Part shown: piece after piece, positions 15,059 through 32,059 of the stretch
How positions within the stretch are numbered: the first letter of the stretch is position 1
How the letters are laid out: each line of letters opens with the position of its first letter
Source of the DNA: the human T2T-CHM13v2.0 reference genome, Homo sapiens
Assembly: GCF_009914755.1 (NCBI RefSeq)
Contig: NC_060932.1
DNA: 64,000 nt
Strand: one strand, 5' to 3'
Made by a program: the position numbers and the translations under genes
Notes under the pieces: model-generated
What the model was told of the DNA's origin: nothing
Databases searched by the model: none
Seen by the model: only the letters and a program-made list of their open reading frames with translations

Positions 15059-16124
15059 TTTAAATAGTAGTAATCATTTTTGGTGAGTGACCATTTCAAA
15101 ATCTCTTATCAACTACAAAATGAGAACTGTAGAAAATATAATACTATAAGCAACTCATATGTGAAAATGGTACAATGAGACAGATTTAGGACAAAATTGA
15201 CCTTAAGGTTTTGATTCTTTCCAAGACAGCATTTCTGGGTTACTGCTTGGAAATAAAGGTATACTTTAAATTTCATTGCTGTCTAATTTGATCAGAAAGC
15301 TTTTTGTGGGTTTTAGTTGTTAATATTCTGAAATGTTAAAGGGTTGACCTAAGTTTAAATGCATTGTACTAGTTTCAGGGAAATATTTCAGGCATCATTT
15401 TTATGAGGCATTTTCTGCATTATTTTACATTTTTGAGTTGTGAAGACAGTGTACAAAAACAAAAAAATTCCCAGTGCTTATTTTTTCTTTCTGTCCAGAC
15501 AGTCCTCACTTGTGTGGTATCATGTTAACTGAAACTTCTGCATATATGAACCATGTTGTTGATTTGCACTCTTCCCCATGCAAAGTGAAAATTGCATGCC
15601 TTTGCAAGTTTTTAAATACAATGTCTTGCTTAAAGAGTGCATTTTTCTTTCTTTACGCTATGAGACCAGCTTCTGAGTGCCAATGTTGTTAGCCTAAGGT
15701 ATCTCTTTGGTATATTACACAATATTGAGCAACAATCCTCAATCAATCACATGAATGCATATAATTTAGTGGTATGTGTCACTTCAAGCATTATTTGGTC
15801 TCCTACCTCCTCCATCCAAGAACTAAAAGATGAATTTAAAAGAAAGGTAATAAAGTTTTTCACTTTTATGCCTTGGGGGACTGAGCCCCCATTTTGAAAC
15901 TGAAATCCAGAGTATCAATTCTGAAAGATGATTTCTTACATAACTTAAGTACACATACTTCTTATAAATTTGATTTTACTGATAAACTATAGGAAAGTGA
16001 TTTGTTAAGTAGAAAAGTGATCACAATCAGGTTGCTTCTTTCTTCCCTTTAAGGAGTCTAAACACTAAGAGTAAATTAATCATAAAGTGATAAAACAGTT
16101 GATATGAGTTTTCAGATTCAAAAA

Positions 16125-16265
16125 ACAAGAGAACTTTGGAGTTAGGCCAGCCCAGATTCAATTCTCAGTCCCACTTCTTGCCAGGCGTACAATCTTGGGC
16201 ATCATTCGTTACATTGACCTAAAGTGTTATCTGAAAAAAAAATGGGGTTGGTGATAATAGAGTAG
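16125..16265 (+). mobile_element. MIR fragment
   Basis: ctttggagttaggccag...gattcaattctcagtcccactt...ttgggcatcatt...atctgaaaaaaaatgggg core pattern. Confidence 0.6.
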
Positions 16266-18323
16266 TTACTTGAAATCACAGTTTTGCAGTGCCTGACAGT
16301 TAATAAGGGGCTTGGAGATATCAGTTGCCTTTGCTCTCAACGTTTCTCCTGCCCCTTGGCCCCAGTCCTGGAGCACAGAAACTACAGAAAGGTTCCAGTG
16401 CATCTCAGTGGAGGCACACAATGTCCCTAGTAATCTCTGACCTCTCCCCCAGGTGCCACTAGTTAGGGAGTCTAGTGAAATGCTACACAGGGGTAGACCA
16501 GTCAGTCCAATGCATGCATGGGTAGAGACTAGACAGGGAAAATACAAGTTTTTTTCCTAGCTGTCTTTCTTTTTCACGATGCACCCACAGATGAGCCCTC
16601 CTCCCAAGTTTATGACAACCTGCCCTTTATATAAGGAATACTTTTCATAAGCCTTTGTCTAATGATGCTTTATAAACATTAATAACACAGTGTATTTGTT
16701 TACCCCAAACATCCTATGGAGAACACTTATATCCAAATTTTAAAGACAGAGTCACTGGTATAAAATTGTAGCATTAAGCCAAGGCCAGAAGTAAAAACTT
16801 TAGTCCACTAATTAAATTTGTATGCGCAAACTACCTTTGAGAGTATCATAGATTTTTTTGGGGAAAGTGTTTCATGTACTTTTAAACAGATATAATTTCT
16901 TTTGAGTACATTTGCTTTTTTTGCTGTTAAAATTAGGATTCATAAATGAAAAGGGATTTATAAACCTAATGTGAAAAGTAATACTTCATTTGTTCTTTTT
17001 TTGTACAGTATTGCTGATTATACAATTTCCGATTGAAAATTGTTGTATAATATTTGGAGAAAAAATCACTTTTCTCTTGGGAGAGGTTTCAGTGAGATGT
17101 GACACTGGGGAGAATGCCTCAGGTATTGTGAATAATTGGATTGGTTTTTGTGAATAATTAGGTTGGTTTTCAAGAGAAACAGACACATGTCTGTGAAGAT
17201 GCTGGGGCAAGAGTGTTCCTGAAGCCCAGAGCAGCTAAAGTAAAAGTAGCCTCTGACCTGGGTCACTGGGGCCCAGGGCTTCTGATCCTTTCTTAGAAAA
17301 TCTGCTAATAGGTCAATGTATATGAACAATATAGTGGCAATAAGAAATGTATAAGACTGGGTTCCAGCTTTAAAGTTGTTAGTGGCAGCATGCTATAGTA
17401 CTAAGGTTTGATGCTTTTTTTGAACAAAACAAACATTACGAGTAACCCTAATACATATAATAATAGAAATGCTGTGGTTGAAACTCAAGTAGAAAACCCA
17501 GAGCTAGAGGGGCAGGTATGTTTTTTTCTTTCTCTACTTCCTTGTACTGGTCCCTGAGACACATCAGAATTCTAGTGTGTATGAAACAGTTTGACAACTA
17601 CTGGCATCATTTGGTTGGTGGGGGTAGACAGAAATTTCAGATATACAACCTTCCAGAAAATGACTTCTTGTATCAGCCATTCCTAAATGTGTTATCTTTG
17701 GCCAGGAACATCACTGTTTTCAACCCTAAAATATGAGTAAAAATAATGTCGAATTTTTATGGTTGTTGTAAAGATTAAATTAATTAAATAAAAAATTATT
17801 AAAGAACTTTTTAGAAGAGATATTGATAGAGTAGTAAATAATTTTTTTTAACAACAGTTAATATTAGTGTGTAACCACAAGCAATTGATGTTGGAAGGCA
17901 GAGGCTTACTTAGAATCTGGGTATACTTGGCCTTAATTCTTTCATATTTTACACTATTTCTTGGTTATACAACATGTTCATTGCTTTAAGAAATTCTTAC
18001 TTATGGAAAGCCCATTGATCAGAAACTGAGATAAATCTCTTGTATCCTAACAGTTTTATTTTTATTCTGCACTAACAATTGGGGAAATTATAAAATATTT
18101 TCTCTTTTTTTTTTTTTTACTATGCTTTAAGTTTTAGGGTACATGTGCACAATGTGCAGGTTAGTTACATATGTATACATGTGCCATGCTGGTGTGCTGC
18201 ACCAATTAACTTGTTATTTAACATTAGGTATATTTCCTAATGCTATCACTCCCCCCTCCCCCCACCCCACAACATGCCCCAGTGTGTGATGTTCCTCTTC
18301 CTGTGTCCATGTGTTCTCATTGT

Positions 18324-22185
<3,862 letters not shown>

Positions 22186-22248
22186 TATGATGTTAGCTGG
22201 TTATTTTGCTCATTAATTCATGCAGTTTCTTCCTAGCATCGATGGTCT

Positions 22249-23261
22249 TTACATTTTGGCATGATTTTGCAGCGGCTGGTACCCGTTGTTCCTTTCCATG
22301 TTTAGCGCTTCCTTCAGGAGCTCTTTTAGGGCAGGCCTGGTGGTGACAAAATCTCTCAGCATTTGCTTGTCTGTTAAGAATTTTATTTCTCCTTCACTTA
22401 TGAAGCTTAGTTTGGCTGGATATGAAATTCTGGATTGAAAATTCTTTTCTTTAAGAATGTTGAATATTGGCCCCCACTCTCTTCTGGGTTGTAGAATTTC
22501 TGCTGAGAGATCCACTGTTAGTCTGATGGTCTTCCCTTTGTGGGTAACCCGACCTTTCTCTCTGGCTGCCCTTAACATTTTTTCCTTCATTTCAACTTTG
22601 GTGAATCTGACAATTATGTGTCTTGGAGTTGCTCTTCTCAAGGAGTATCTTTGTGGCATTCTCTGTATTTCCTGAATTTGAATATTGGCCTTCCTTGCTA
22701 GATTGGGGAAGTTCTCCTGGATAACATCCTGCAGAGTGTTTTCCAACTTGGTTCCATTCTTCCCGTCACTTTCAGGTACACCAATCAGATGTAGATTTGG
22801 TCTTTTCACATAGTCCCATATTTCTTGGAGGCTTTGTTCATTTCTTTTTATTCTTTTTTCTCTAAACTTCTCTTCTTGCTTCATTTCATTCATTTGATCT
22901 TCCATCACTGATACCCTTTCTTCCAGTTGATTGAATCAACTACTGAGGCTTGTGCTTTCATCACGTAGTTCTCTTGCCTTGGTTTTCACCTCCATCAGGT
23001 CCTTCAAGGAGTTCTCTGCATTGGTTACTCTAGTTAGCCATTTGTCTATTTTTTTCAAGGTTTTTAACTTCTTTGCCATGGGTTCAAACTTCCTCCTTTA
23101 GCTCAGATTAGTTTGATCATCTGAAGCCTTCTTCTCTCAACTCATCAAAGTCATTCTCCATCCAGCTTTGTTCCATTGCTGGCGAGGAGCTGCATTCCTT
23201 TGGAGGAGGAGAGGCACTCTGATTTTTAATTTCCAATTTTTCTGCTCTGTTTTTTCCCCAT
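22249..23261 (-). pseudogene. L1 ORF1, disrupted in the N-terminal part
   Basis: Open 219-aa C-terminal piece ending YQPLQNHAKM; original ATG at 23261 with upstream disruptions. Confidence 0.93.
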
Positions 23262-23823
23262 CTTTGTGGTTTTATCTACCTTTGGTCTTTGATGATGGTG
23301 ACATACAGATGGGGTTTTGGTGTGGATGTCCTTTCTGTTTGTTAGTTTTCCTTCTAACAGTCAGGACCCTCAGCTGCAGGTCTCTTGGAGTTTGCTGGAG
23401 GTCCACTCCAGACCCTGTTTGCACGGAGGCTGCAGAACAGTGGATATTGGTGAACAGCAAATGTTGCTGCCTGATCTTTCCTCTGGAAGTTTTGTCTCAG
23501 AGGAGTACCTGGCCGTGTGAGGTGTCAGTCTGCTCCTACTGGGGGGTTCTTCCCAGTTAGGCTACTCGGGGGTCAGGGACCCACTTGAGGAGGCAGTCTG
23601 TCCATTCTCAGATCTGCAGCTGCATGTTGGGAGAACCACTACTCTCTTCAAAGCTGTCAGAGAGGGACATTTATATCTGCAGAGGTTTCTGCTGCCTTTT
23701 GTTTGGCAATGCCCTGTCCCCAGAGGTGGAATCTACAGAGGCAGGCAGGCCTCCTGGAGCTGCTGTGGGCTCCACCCAGTTCGAGCTTCCCAGCCACTTT
23801 GTTAACCTACTCAAGCCTCGGCA

Positions 23824-24087
23824 ATGGCGGGCACCCCTCCCCCAGCCTCACTGCCACCTTGCAGTTTGATCTCAGACTGCTGTGCTTGCAGTGAGCCAGG
23901 CTCTGTGGGCATAGGACCCTCCGAGCCAGGCATGGGATATAATCTCCTGGTGTGTCGCTTGCCAGGACTGTTGGAAAAGCGCAGTATTCGGGTGGGAGTG
24001 ACCGGATTTTCCAGGTGCTGTCCATCACCACTTCCCTTGGCTAGGAAAGGGAATTCCCTGACCCCTTGTGCTTCCTGGATGAGGTGA
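23824..24087 (+). CDS. L1 ORF0 (antisense 5'UTR ORF), open, 87 aa
   Basis: MAGTPPPASLPPCSLISDCC...GPSEPG...EKRSIRVGVT matches primate L1 ORF0; strong Kozak context gcaATGg. Translation is not demonstrated. Confidence 0.6.
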   Translation: MAGTPPPASLPPCSLISDCCACSEPGSVGIGPSEPGMGYNLLVCRLPGLLEKRSIRVGVTGFSRCCPSPLPLARKGNSLTPCASWMR

Positions 24088-25848
24088 TGCCTCACCCTGC
24101 TTCGCCTCATGCTCAGTGGGCTGCACCCACTGTCCTGCTGTCTGACAAGCCCGAGTGAGATGTACCCGGTACCTCAGTTGGAAATGCAGAAATCACTCAT
24201 CTTCTGCGTCGCTCATGCTGGGATCTGTAGATTGGAGCTGTTCCGATTCGGCCATCTTGGAACACAGAGCCCCAGGAAATTTTTTTATTTTCTGGATTCA
24301 GGTGAATAATGACAAGACCCCACAATTTGAAAAGACGTTTACTGTTGTTCCTTGCACCAACTTTTTTCACCCATGAATTATTCTTGACCTCAGTGCTGAA
24401 AGAGTAAGTATGCAATAAGACTAAAAGGGCATAATGCATTCAATAAGAATGCTTTTTAATGAATGCCAGGTGCCCAGCACTATGATGGACATCATGGCAC
24501 ACACCAAAAAAGTGCAAAAGAAAATCTTATTTATTCTGAAATTAAAAGTATATAGGAATGGAGGACATACATGTGTGAAATAATTTGATAAGGCATGTCT
24601 GTGATTCTCAACCATGTTATTTACTCTACATAAAAATACATATTTCTGCACCTCCCATTTTACCTCTCCACTTTATCCTTATTTAACTTTAAACTAGATT
24701 TTCAACTTTAGGCTTGAAACATCATTTTTTTCTGGAAGACCTTATCTAGTTCCTCAGGGTAGATGTTACAACAGTATGTTAAAATACCTCTCTGAATTTT
24801 TATATTTTTTATTTTTGCAATTTTTTCAATGTCCATCTTCTGGTATAAGTGTATTCTACACAGCGACAGGGACTGTATTGACCATTGGAATACACCAGTG
24901 AATAGCACTTGTCATTAGTGAGTACATGAAGGTTTAAGAGATCATTTATGCCATTCCCCTTATTTAAGGGAGTCAACAAAAGTTAAATGATGTGTTGCAC
25001 AGACAGGTGTAACAGACCCACCACTACAATCACAGCTACAGACCTTCTCCAGCTGTCCTTTCCACTCCAACATGATGCTTCCCCTGCATTATACAAGAGG
25101 ATATAAGACAGAATGAGCAAAGGAGGATGTTTTCCAGGGGAGAAAAGAGTGAATAGGCAGGACTTATTTGGGAATTATGGGAGATCTTTGCTCTTTTTTA
25201 AAGCACTCAACATTTACACCAACAGATGAGCAAAGTACATTAAGTATAGTATGAAATGTACCAGTCATTTCCCACTAACATCTTCAATCAGAGTGTCCAC
25301 AATCTTCCTTTAATACTTAAGTCAGACTCCATTTTTCATGGGAACACAATCTTGTTTCCCATTTATAAACAATTTTTTTCTCTAGACCTTGTGTTAAAAT
25401 GATCCAAAAATTTCTCCATTACATATTTTTAAGCTCATTTAATACTTACATTTTATTCTACTTAAGAATAAAGAAACATATATTTGGTCAGATTTTTCTG
25501 GAAAAAATCAAGTTCTTTTTTAGAAAACAGACTTAATATATGTGAAAATTTGGATCATTTAAAAGTTGGAAATAACTAGAAATTAATAAAGAGAAAAATA
25601 TGTGTTAAAATGTTGCAACTTCAAAGCAAACAGAAATTTTAGTTTTTCTTCTCGGCAGATCTGAATATTGCAAAAATATTTCAAGTTTGTAGAAATAATT
25701 AAAACATTCAAAAAGAAGTAACACAAATATTAATATCAGTTAATGAAGAGAATTTCAAAGAACTTCAAGGAAAAATTTCAAGAGCATACAATTTATGTAA
25801 ATCATTGTCTTCTAAATACAGAAACAGTATGTGAATATCCTAAAACAT

Positions 25849-26300
25849 TGTGAAAAGAAGTTATCTAAAAAGCAATTTGGAGGAAAGAGACTATTCCAAT
25901 GAACATTTTGCAAACTGGGAAGATGCAACCTTCTGTGTAAAATAAAGGTGTGTTCCAGAGGACAAATGAAGGGTTTGGCTTTTATAGAGAAAGTTCCCAC
26001 TCAGATTCCAAATTAGGTCCTTTTAAGCAAATAAAGGGTCCAGATTTACTTAATTCTGGTTGTTCAGCACAGTTGGGTTCTGATTGGAGGATGCACGCCA
26101 CAGCCTATCTGTTGGTTTAGGTGATGTAAACAGGAATAGTCAGGTATAAAATTCTCAAAGTTAGGCAAGTGTGTGGATTTTCTGGTAACTCAGAGTAATG
26201 TGTGACCTCTATTTAGCAAATGGCCATTGGCTTCTTTTTAAAGTTATGCCCAGTTAGCCACCCAGGCTTTCTCATGAAGGATGGGTTCTTTCCAGTTCTC
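25849..26300 (-). mobile_element. Old ERV1 solo LTR, MER90-like
   Basis: The reverse strand reads ggtggctaactgggc...ccaatggccatttgctaaatagaggtcacaca, as I recall for MER90-type LTRs; boundaries approximate. Confidence 0.5.
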
Positions 26301-27589
26301 TGCTTTCAGGGACTCTCCATATCTTGCATAACTTTTCTTTTTGCTTGTTTTCTTTCTTCTCTTCTCAAAAACCTTTCATTAATGGCAATGCTTCATCCCT
26401 TAGGAAGAATGTCATATCACCGAGCACAGAAATTTCAGGCAGGAAGAGGTTTAGAATTTTAAATAATCAACAAGGAAATTTACATAACAGGAGAAGGAAG
26501 AAATTTAAGAGTCTAGTACTAAAAAGCTTCTCCTTCTAAACCCATAAAACGTTCACACCTATTTGCTATTTTGACCCAGAAGGGCTAAAAGAAACTAAAT
26601 AAAACTACTCTACTTATGGAGTTAATCTAACAAAGTAATACGTATCTATTCTGAATTTTGAAGATAACCTTTTAGGTGATTTGATTTTCTGTTGGATAAA
26701 TAAAACAAGCATGCTCCAATGTCACACAACACACAAAAGTGAATAAAAGGGAAAGTTAACATAGGCTGGAGATGAGTACTGGTGAGCGCTCTTGACAAGA
26801 GAAGCTCTTGATGAATTTTAATGTATGGATGGCACATTTTATTATTTTATGATGTCACTTAGACAAAAAATTAAAGCAGAATGGAGAGCTGAATTTGTGC
26901 TTGTTATGATGGAAATCAGAGAGATATGTTGGGGTGTAACTGTATATCATGAGAAGATTGCAATTATAGATGATGCAATGAAAGATGAAGCCGAAGCATG
27001 GTTGCTACATCTAACCTGAAGTGCATGATGACAATGCTAATTTTGTGGCCTCAAACATAATAAAAACCAGTGCATCCCTCACCTGCATGTTTACTCAGAA
27101 AGCATTTAGTGAAGGCTTACCATACTCAAAGCACTATAAAAATCTTCCTAGGAGAAACAGATATGGCACCAAGGGACAGTGACTGATTTCAGGTTCATGA
27201 TATATTAGCTGCACCCTGGTTAGCATTATTCACTCTCCACAACCAGGAAATGTAGTTTGACAGTGGCCTTTCTGTTCAGTTTATTTATACTTTCTCATGT
27301 TCAATTTTTATTTTAATCAGTACAATTTTTTAAAGAAGCCTAACCAAAACTAAGAAAGAAGGGTATGGCTTTTTAGAAAGCAAAGACAAATAGCAGGTTA
27401 GGAATTAAAATGTCCACGTAGAATTTACTGATATATAAATCATTGTATTAGCCAAGATTCTTTTCATTGCAAATGACAAACCTTTGAATACATTTACTTT
27501 AGACCAAATGGAAAGTTTACTTGTCTGTAGAGCCCACAGGAATGGTTAAATAATATGAGCAGGGAAACCATGATAAAAAGAAATTTTGT

Positions 27590-27990
<401 letters not shown>

Positions 27991-28091
27991 TCAATTTTTA
28001 TCACACTCAGTATATTTATATTGTGGAAAATATAAACATTTATTGTTCACAATTTTATAGTCTATGACTTGAACAACCAAATAGATTTCTT

Positions 28092-28275
28092 CATTGGCCT
28101 CATGGATACTACACTTGCTAAAATAATCCCCTCTAGTAAATGTCATGGGCCACTTAGTGTATCGCAAAAATTCTCCAATAATAAAATACATAAATAAAAG
28201 TAATATTTTGGTTGTCATCTTAGTCCATTTGCACTGCCATACCAAAATACCACGGACTAGGTGACTTATAAACAA
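28092..28275 (+). repeat. Copy 1 of a ~185-bp non-tandem direct duplication
   Basis: Near-identical to 28814-29002. Confidence 0.95.
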
Positions 28276-28813
28276 GTTTAAAAACTCACAATAAGTGACC
28301 AGATTTTTTTCTCTTAGACCAATGACTTGCAACCAAGTAAGAATGCAGTGTCTTTCACTGGAGCCTCTTGGTTGGAGCTGAGGGAGAAGCACTTTCTTAA
28401 AGAAGGGGTTGGAGGTGTGAAAAATAAAAACAACCTACTAGATTATGTGTTTGCAGAACAATATTCATCATGTTATTCAGTTCCTCTCATAAAAAGATTC
28501 AAATGATAAATGCTCATAATTTAAAACTGAAAAAGGACTTTTTTCCCCAAAGCTATTTTTATTGGGCAATAAAATGACAGAGCCCATTATTTTTCCTATT
28601 TTTGCTGTTGCTACCAGAAGCTTCAGAATTAAATCATAATATAACATCAATAACCAACTTGCATCAGGTTTATGGAAACCATTTCCACTATTTTCTATAA
28701 GGTTTTTAAATTTTTCTAATTTTTAAATTATTTCTGTGCCTTTAAAATGCTTTTGGATTACTTTCAGAAACAGATGAAGAAAAATAAGTAAGTAATTGAC
28801 AAAGAACTCACAA

Positions 28814-29025
28814 CATTGGCCTCATGGGTACTACACTTGCTAAAATAATCCCCTCTAGTAAATGTCATGGGCCACTTAGTGTACGGCAAAAATTCTCCAA
28901 TAATAAAATAAAATGCATAAATAAAAAGAATATTTTGGTTGTCATCTTAGTCCATTTGGACTTCCATACCAAAATACCATGGACTAGGTGACTTATAAAC
29001 AACATAAATTTACTTCTCACAGTTC
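28814..29025 (+). repeat. Copy 2 of the duplication, ending in an MLT1 LTR-end fragment
   Basis: Same sequence, continuing into aacataaatttacttctcacagttc (MLT1-like). Confidence 0.9.
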
Positions 29026-29937
29026 ATGATTTAAAATACAAATGTCATTAGGTCATAAACACAGTAGAATACCTTCAACCACTCAAGCTTAATTGGTATG
29101 TTCCATCTCACAGACAACATGCTTAAATACATTATTTAATATTAATTATTACAGACTGGTTTAAAATATAAAATCTTCAAGAAATACTTTAATTTCCCTT
29201 GGTGATGGAAAGTCTATCCCTCTGAAATATAACACCTTCCAATTTCCTGTCTCTCTACACAATGCAGCTGTGGGGATTTTTGAGAAAGTGACAAGAAATG
29301 TCTTCTTGTCCTTGTTGACAGGGTTTTATGGTGATTGAATAATATTTTCAGTTTAAATATGTAAAACACATATTACTTCAGTAAAATGCTTAGTACTTGA
29401 AACCTACCAGAAAAAATGAAGGTAATATAAATCAGTGCATAGCAGTTTGAGTTGAATTGTGATTTAAATTCTCCTGCTCTCTCATAGAGGAAAAACTGTG
29501 TAGACAGTAGTTTTACATGGACCTCATCCCAGTTTCACCATGTCTGATAACAAAACTAATGCAAAGATGCTTCTAGTCATAGGCCTGTGTCCTCTAAAAA
29601 TAAGAAAAATTAATTGTGACTGTTCATCTTTCCAAGACACCCCATTCCTATGCTTCTGATATGGGTAAATATTTGTAAGAGTATTAGCAACAAAACATGA
29701 ATAAGCCCCACCTCCACTCTCAAAGGTCTAAAGCTGGAAAGGAGTAGTGAAATTGAAAAGAGACTAAAATCTATTAAACATTTACTATAAACAAAACACT
29801 GTGTTAAGTGTTTGGATTATATATAATTCCTGAGTTTATAGAGACTGATTCTTGTAAAGAACATCATTATTTAAATTTAAAAATAAGTATAATAAATGTA
29901 TAAATAAGAAATAAATATTATTATAAGTTTTTCTATC

Positions 29938-30145
29938 TGGGGTCAGTGAACTAAAGCTCATAGACAATCTCATCTACAAACCATTTTCATGTAGACCACA
30001 AACTAAGAACGGTTTATTAAATTTTTAAGAATTGCATTAAATGGTTATATGGGTACCTGCATAATATATTTGATTTTGCCTAATGGCTCACAAAGCCTAA
30101 AATACGTTCTATCTGGCCCTTTACAAAAATAGTTTATAGATCCTA
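29938..30145 (+). mobile_element. MER58 (hAT-Charlie) DNA transposon
   Basis: ggggtcagtgaacta... and aagcctaaaatacgttctatctggccctttacaaaaatagttt termini. Confidence 0.75.
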
Positions 30146-30425
30146 TTCTATAGAGATTTGACCTAGTCAGAATAGTAAATAGTATAGATGAATGACAAAT
30201 TAAGAATATAAATAAAACATTTTATTAATATATTTTTATCAGTAATTTCATAGAAAAATATACACTCAGAATTAATGTGAAAATAGATTACTTAGTTATT
30301 TGGCATATGCAACTAAGTGGAAGGCCATATAGTATGCTGGATTCTTGTCGTGTGTGACGTGGGGTCTTGGATATTAGGCTTTTTGACATATATCTATTGC
30401 AGAAGCAATTTTTATGGAAATAAAG

Positions 30426-31665
30426 TATATTAGTCTGTGCTCACACTGTTATAAAGAAATACCTGAGACTGGGTAATTGATCAAGAAAATAGGTTTAATT
30501 AGTTCACAGTTCTGCAGGCTATACAGGAAGCATGGCAGCATCTTCAGGGCGGTGGGACTCTGGGCCTGGCCCACAAAACCATTCTTTCCTCCTAGGCCTC
30601 TGGGCCTATGATGGAAGGGGCTGCCAAAAGGTCTCTGAAATGCCTTTGAAACTTTTCCCCCATTGTCTTGGCTACTATAATTGGGTTCCTCTTTACTTAT
30701 GCCAATTTCTGCAGCCTGCTTGAATTCCTTCTTGAAAAATCGGCTTTTATTTGCTACCATATGGCTAGGTTGCAAATTTTTCAAACTTTTATGTTCTGCT
30801 TCTCTTTTAAATATAAGTTCCAGTTTCAGATCATTTCTTTACTTCTGCATATGATCATAGGCTGTTAAAGGCAGCTAAGGCAAATCTTGATTGCTCTGTA
30901 AATTAGAAATATCTTCTGCCAGGTATCCTAAATTATTAATCTCAAGTTGTAAGTTTCACAGATCTCTAGAGCAGGGTACATTACTTCCAAGATTTTGCTA
31001 AAGAATAACAAAAGTGTTTTCTCCAGTTTCCAGTAAGTTCTTCATCTCCATCTGAGACCCCCTCAGCCTGGACTTCATTGTTCATATCACTATCAGTATT
31101 TTTGTCATAACAATTGAACAAGTCCTAGGAATTCCCAAGCTTTCTCTCATCTTCCTGCCTTTTTCTGAGCCCTTCACACACTATCAACCTCTGCCCAATA
31201 ACCAGTTCCAAAGTCACTTTCACATTTTTACATATCTTTATAATTATGACCCACTCCTGATACTAATGTTCTGTATTAATCTGTATAAAAAATACCTGAA
31301 ATGGGGTAATTTAAATAAAAGAGGTTTAATTGGTGCATGGTTCCACAGGTTATACAGGAAGCATGGCAGCATCTGTTTCTAGGGAGGCTTCAGGGAGTTT
31401 TTACTTATGGCAGAAGGCAAAGCTAAAGCAGGCATTTACACATGGCTGGAGCAGGAGAAAGAGAGAGTGGGGAGGGGCCGCATACTTAAAAAAAAAAAGA
31501 TCTTGTGAGAACTGACTCACTATAGAGTACCAAGGGGGAATGGTGCTAAACCATTCAGGAAAACTGCTCCCATGATCCAATCATCTACCACTAGGCCCCA
31601 CCTCCAGCATTGGGATTCCAACTCAACATGAGATTTGGGCAGGAAGACATATCCAAACCATATCA
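30426..31665 (-). mobile_element. MST (MaLR) element: full LTR (~31271-31665), part of MST-int, and a partial second LTR
   Basis: Two copies of the LTR end (aatacctga...aggtttaatt...tatacaggaagcatggcagcatct); ends ccaaaccatatca; 5-bp TSD taaag/tagag; an internal deletion joins LTR to internal sequence at ~30546. Confidence 0.88.
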
Positions 31666-32059
31666 TAGAGTTTTTCATAGAAGGCATCCCTGTAGCATGG
31701 GATGAAGTTCAATTTAAAAAAAAGGTTGAAATTATTGTAGAAAGCAAGGTAACTTACTTACTGTCTTACTAGAGAATCAGCAAAGCTCACAATGTCCTTG
31801 GAGGTTGGAATAGGAGACTGAGTTTTTGGATAGGCCTGCTGAAACATGACAGCAGGACTGGTGGAGGAAGAACAGAGGTCTCTAGGGTTGCAATGAAAGA
31901 GATGTTTTGCTTTCTCTATATATCTTCTGATATAAAATAAAAATTTTGTCAGTGTAAAAAGAATCATATTATTAAGACTATCAATCACTAAAATAACAAA
32001 GAACAAAATCAACTATTGTGATATCACTGATGATATTTGGGAAAGTTCGTGTTTCTCTT

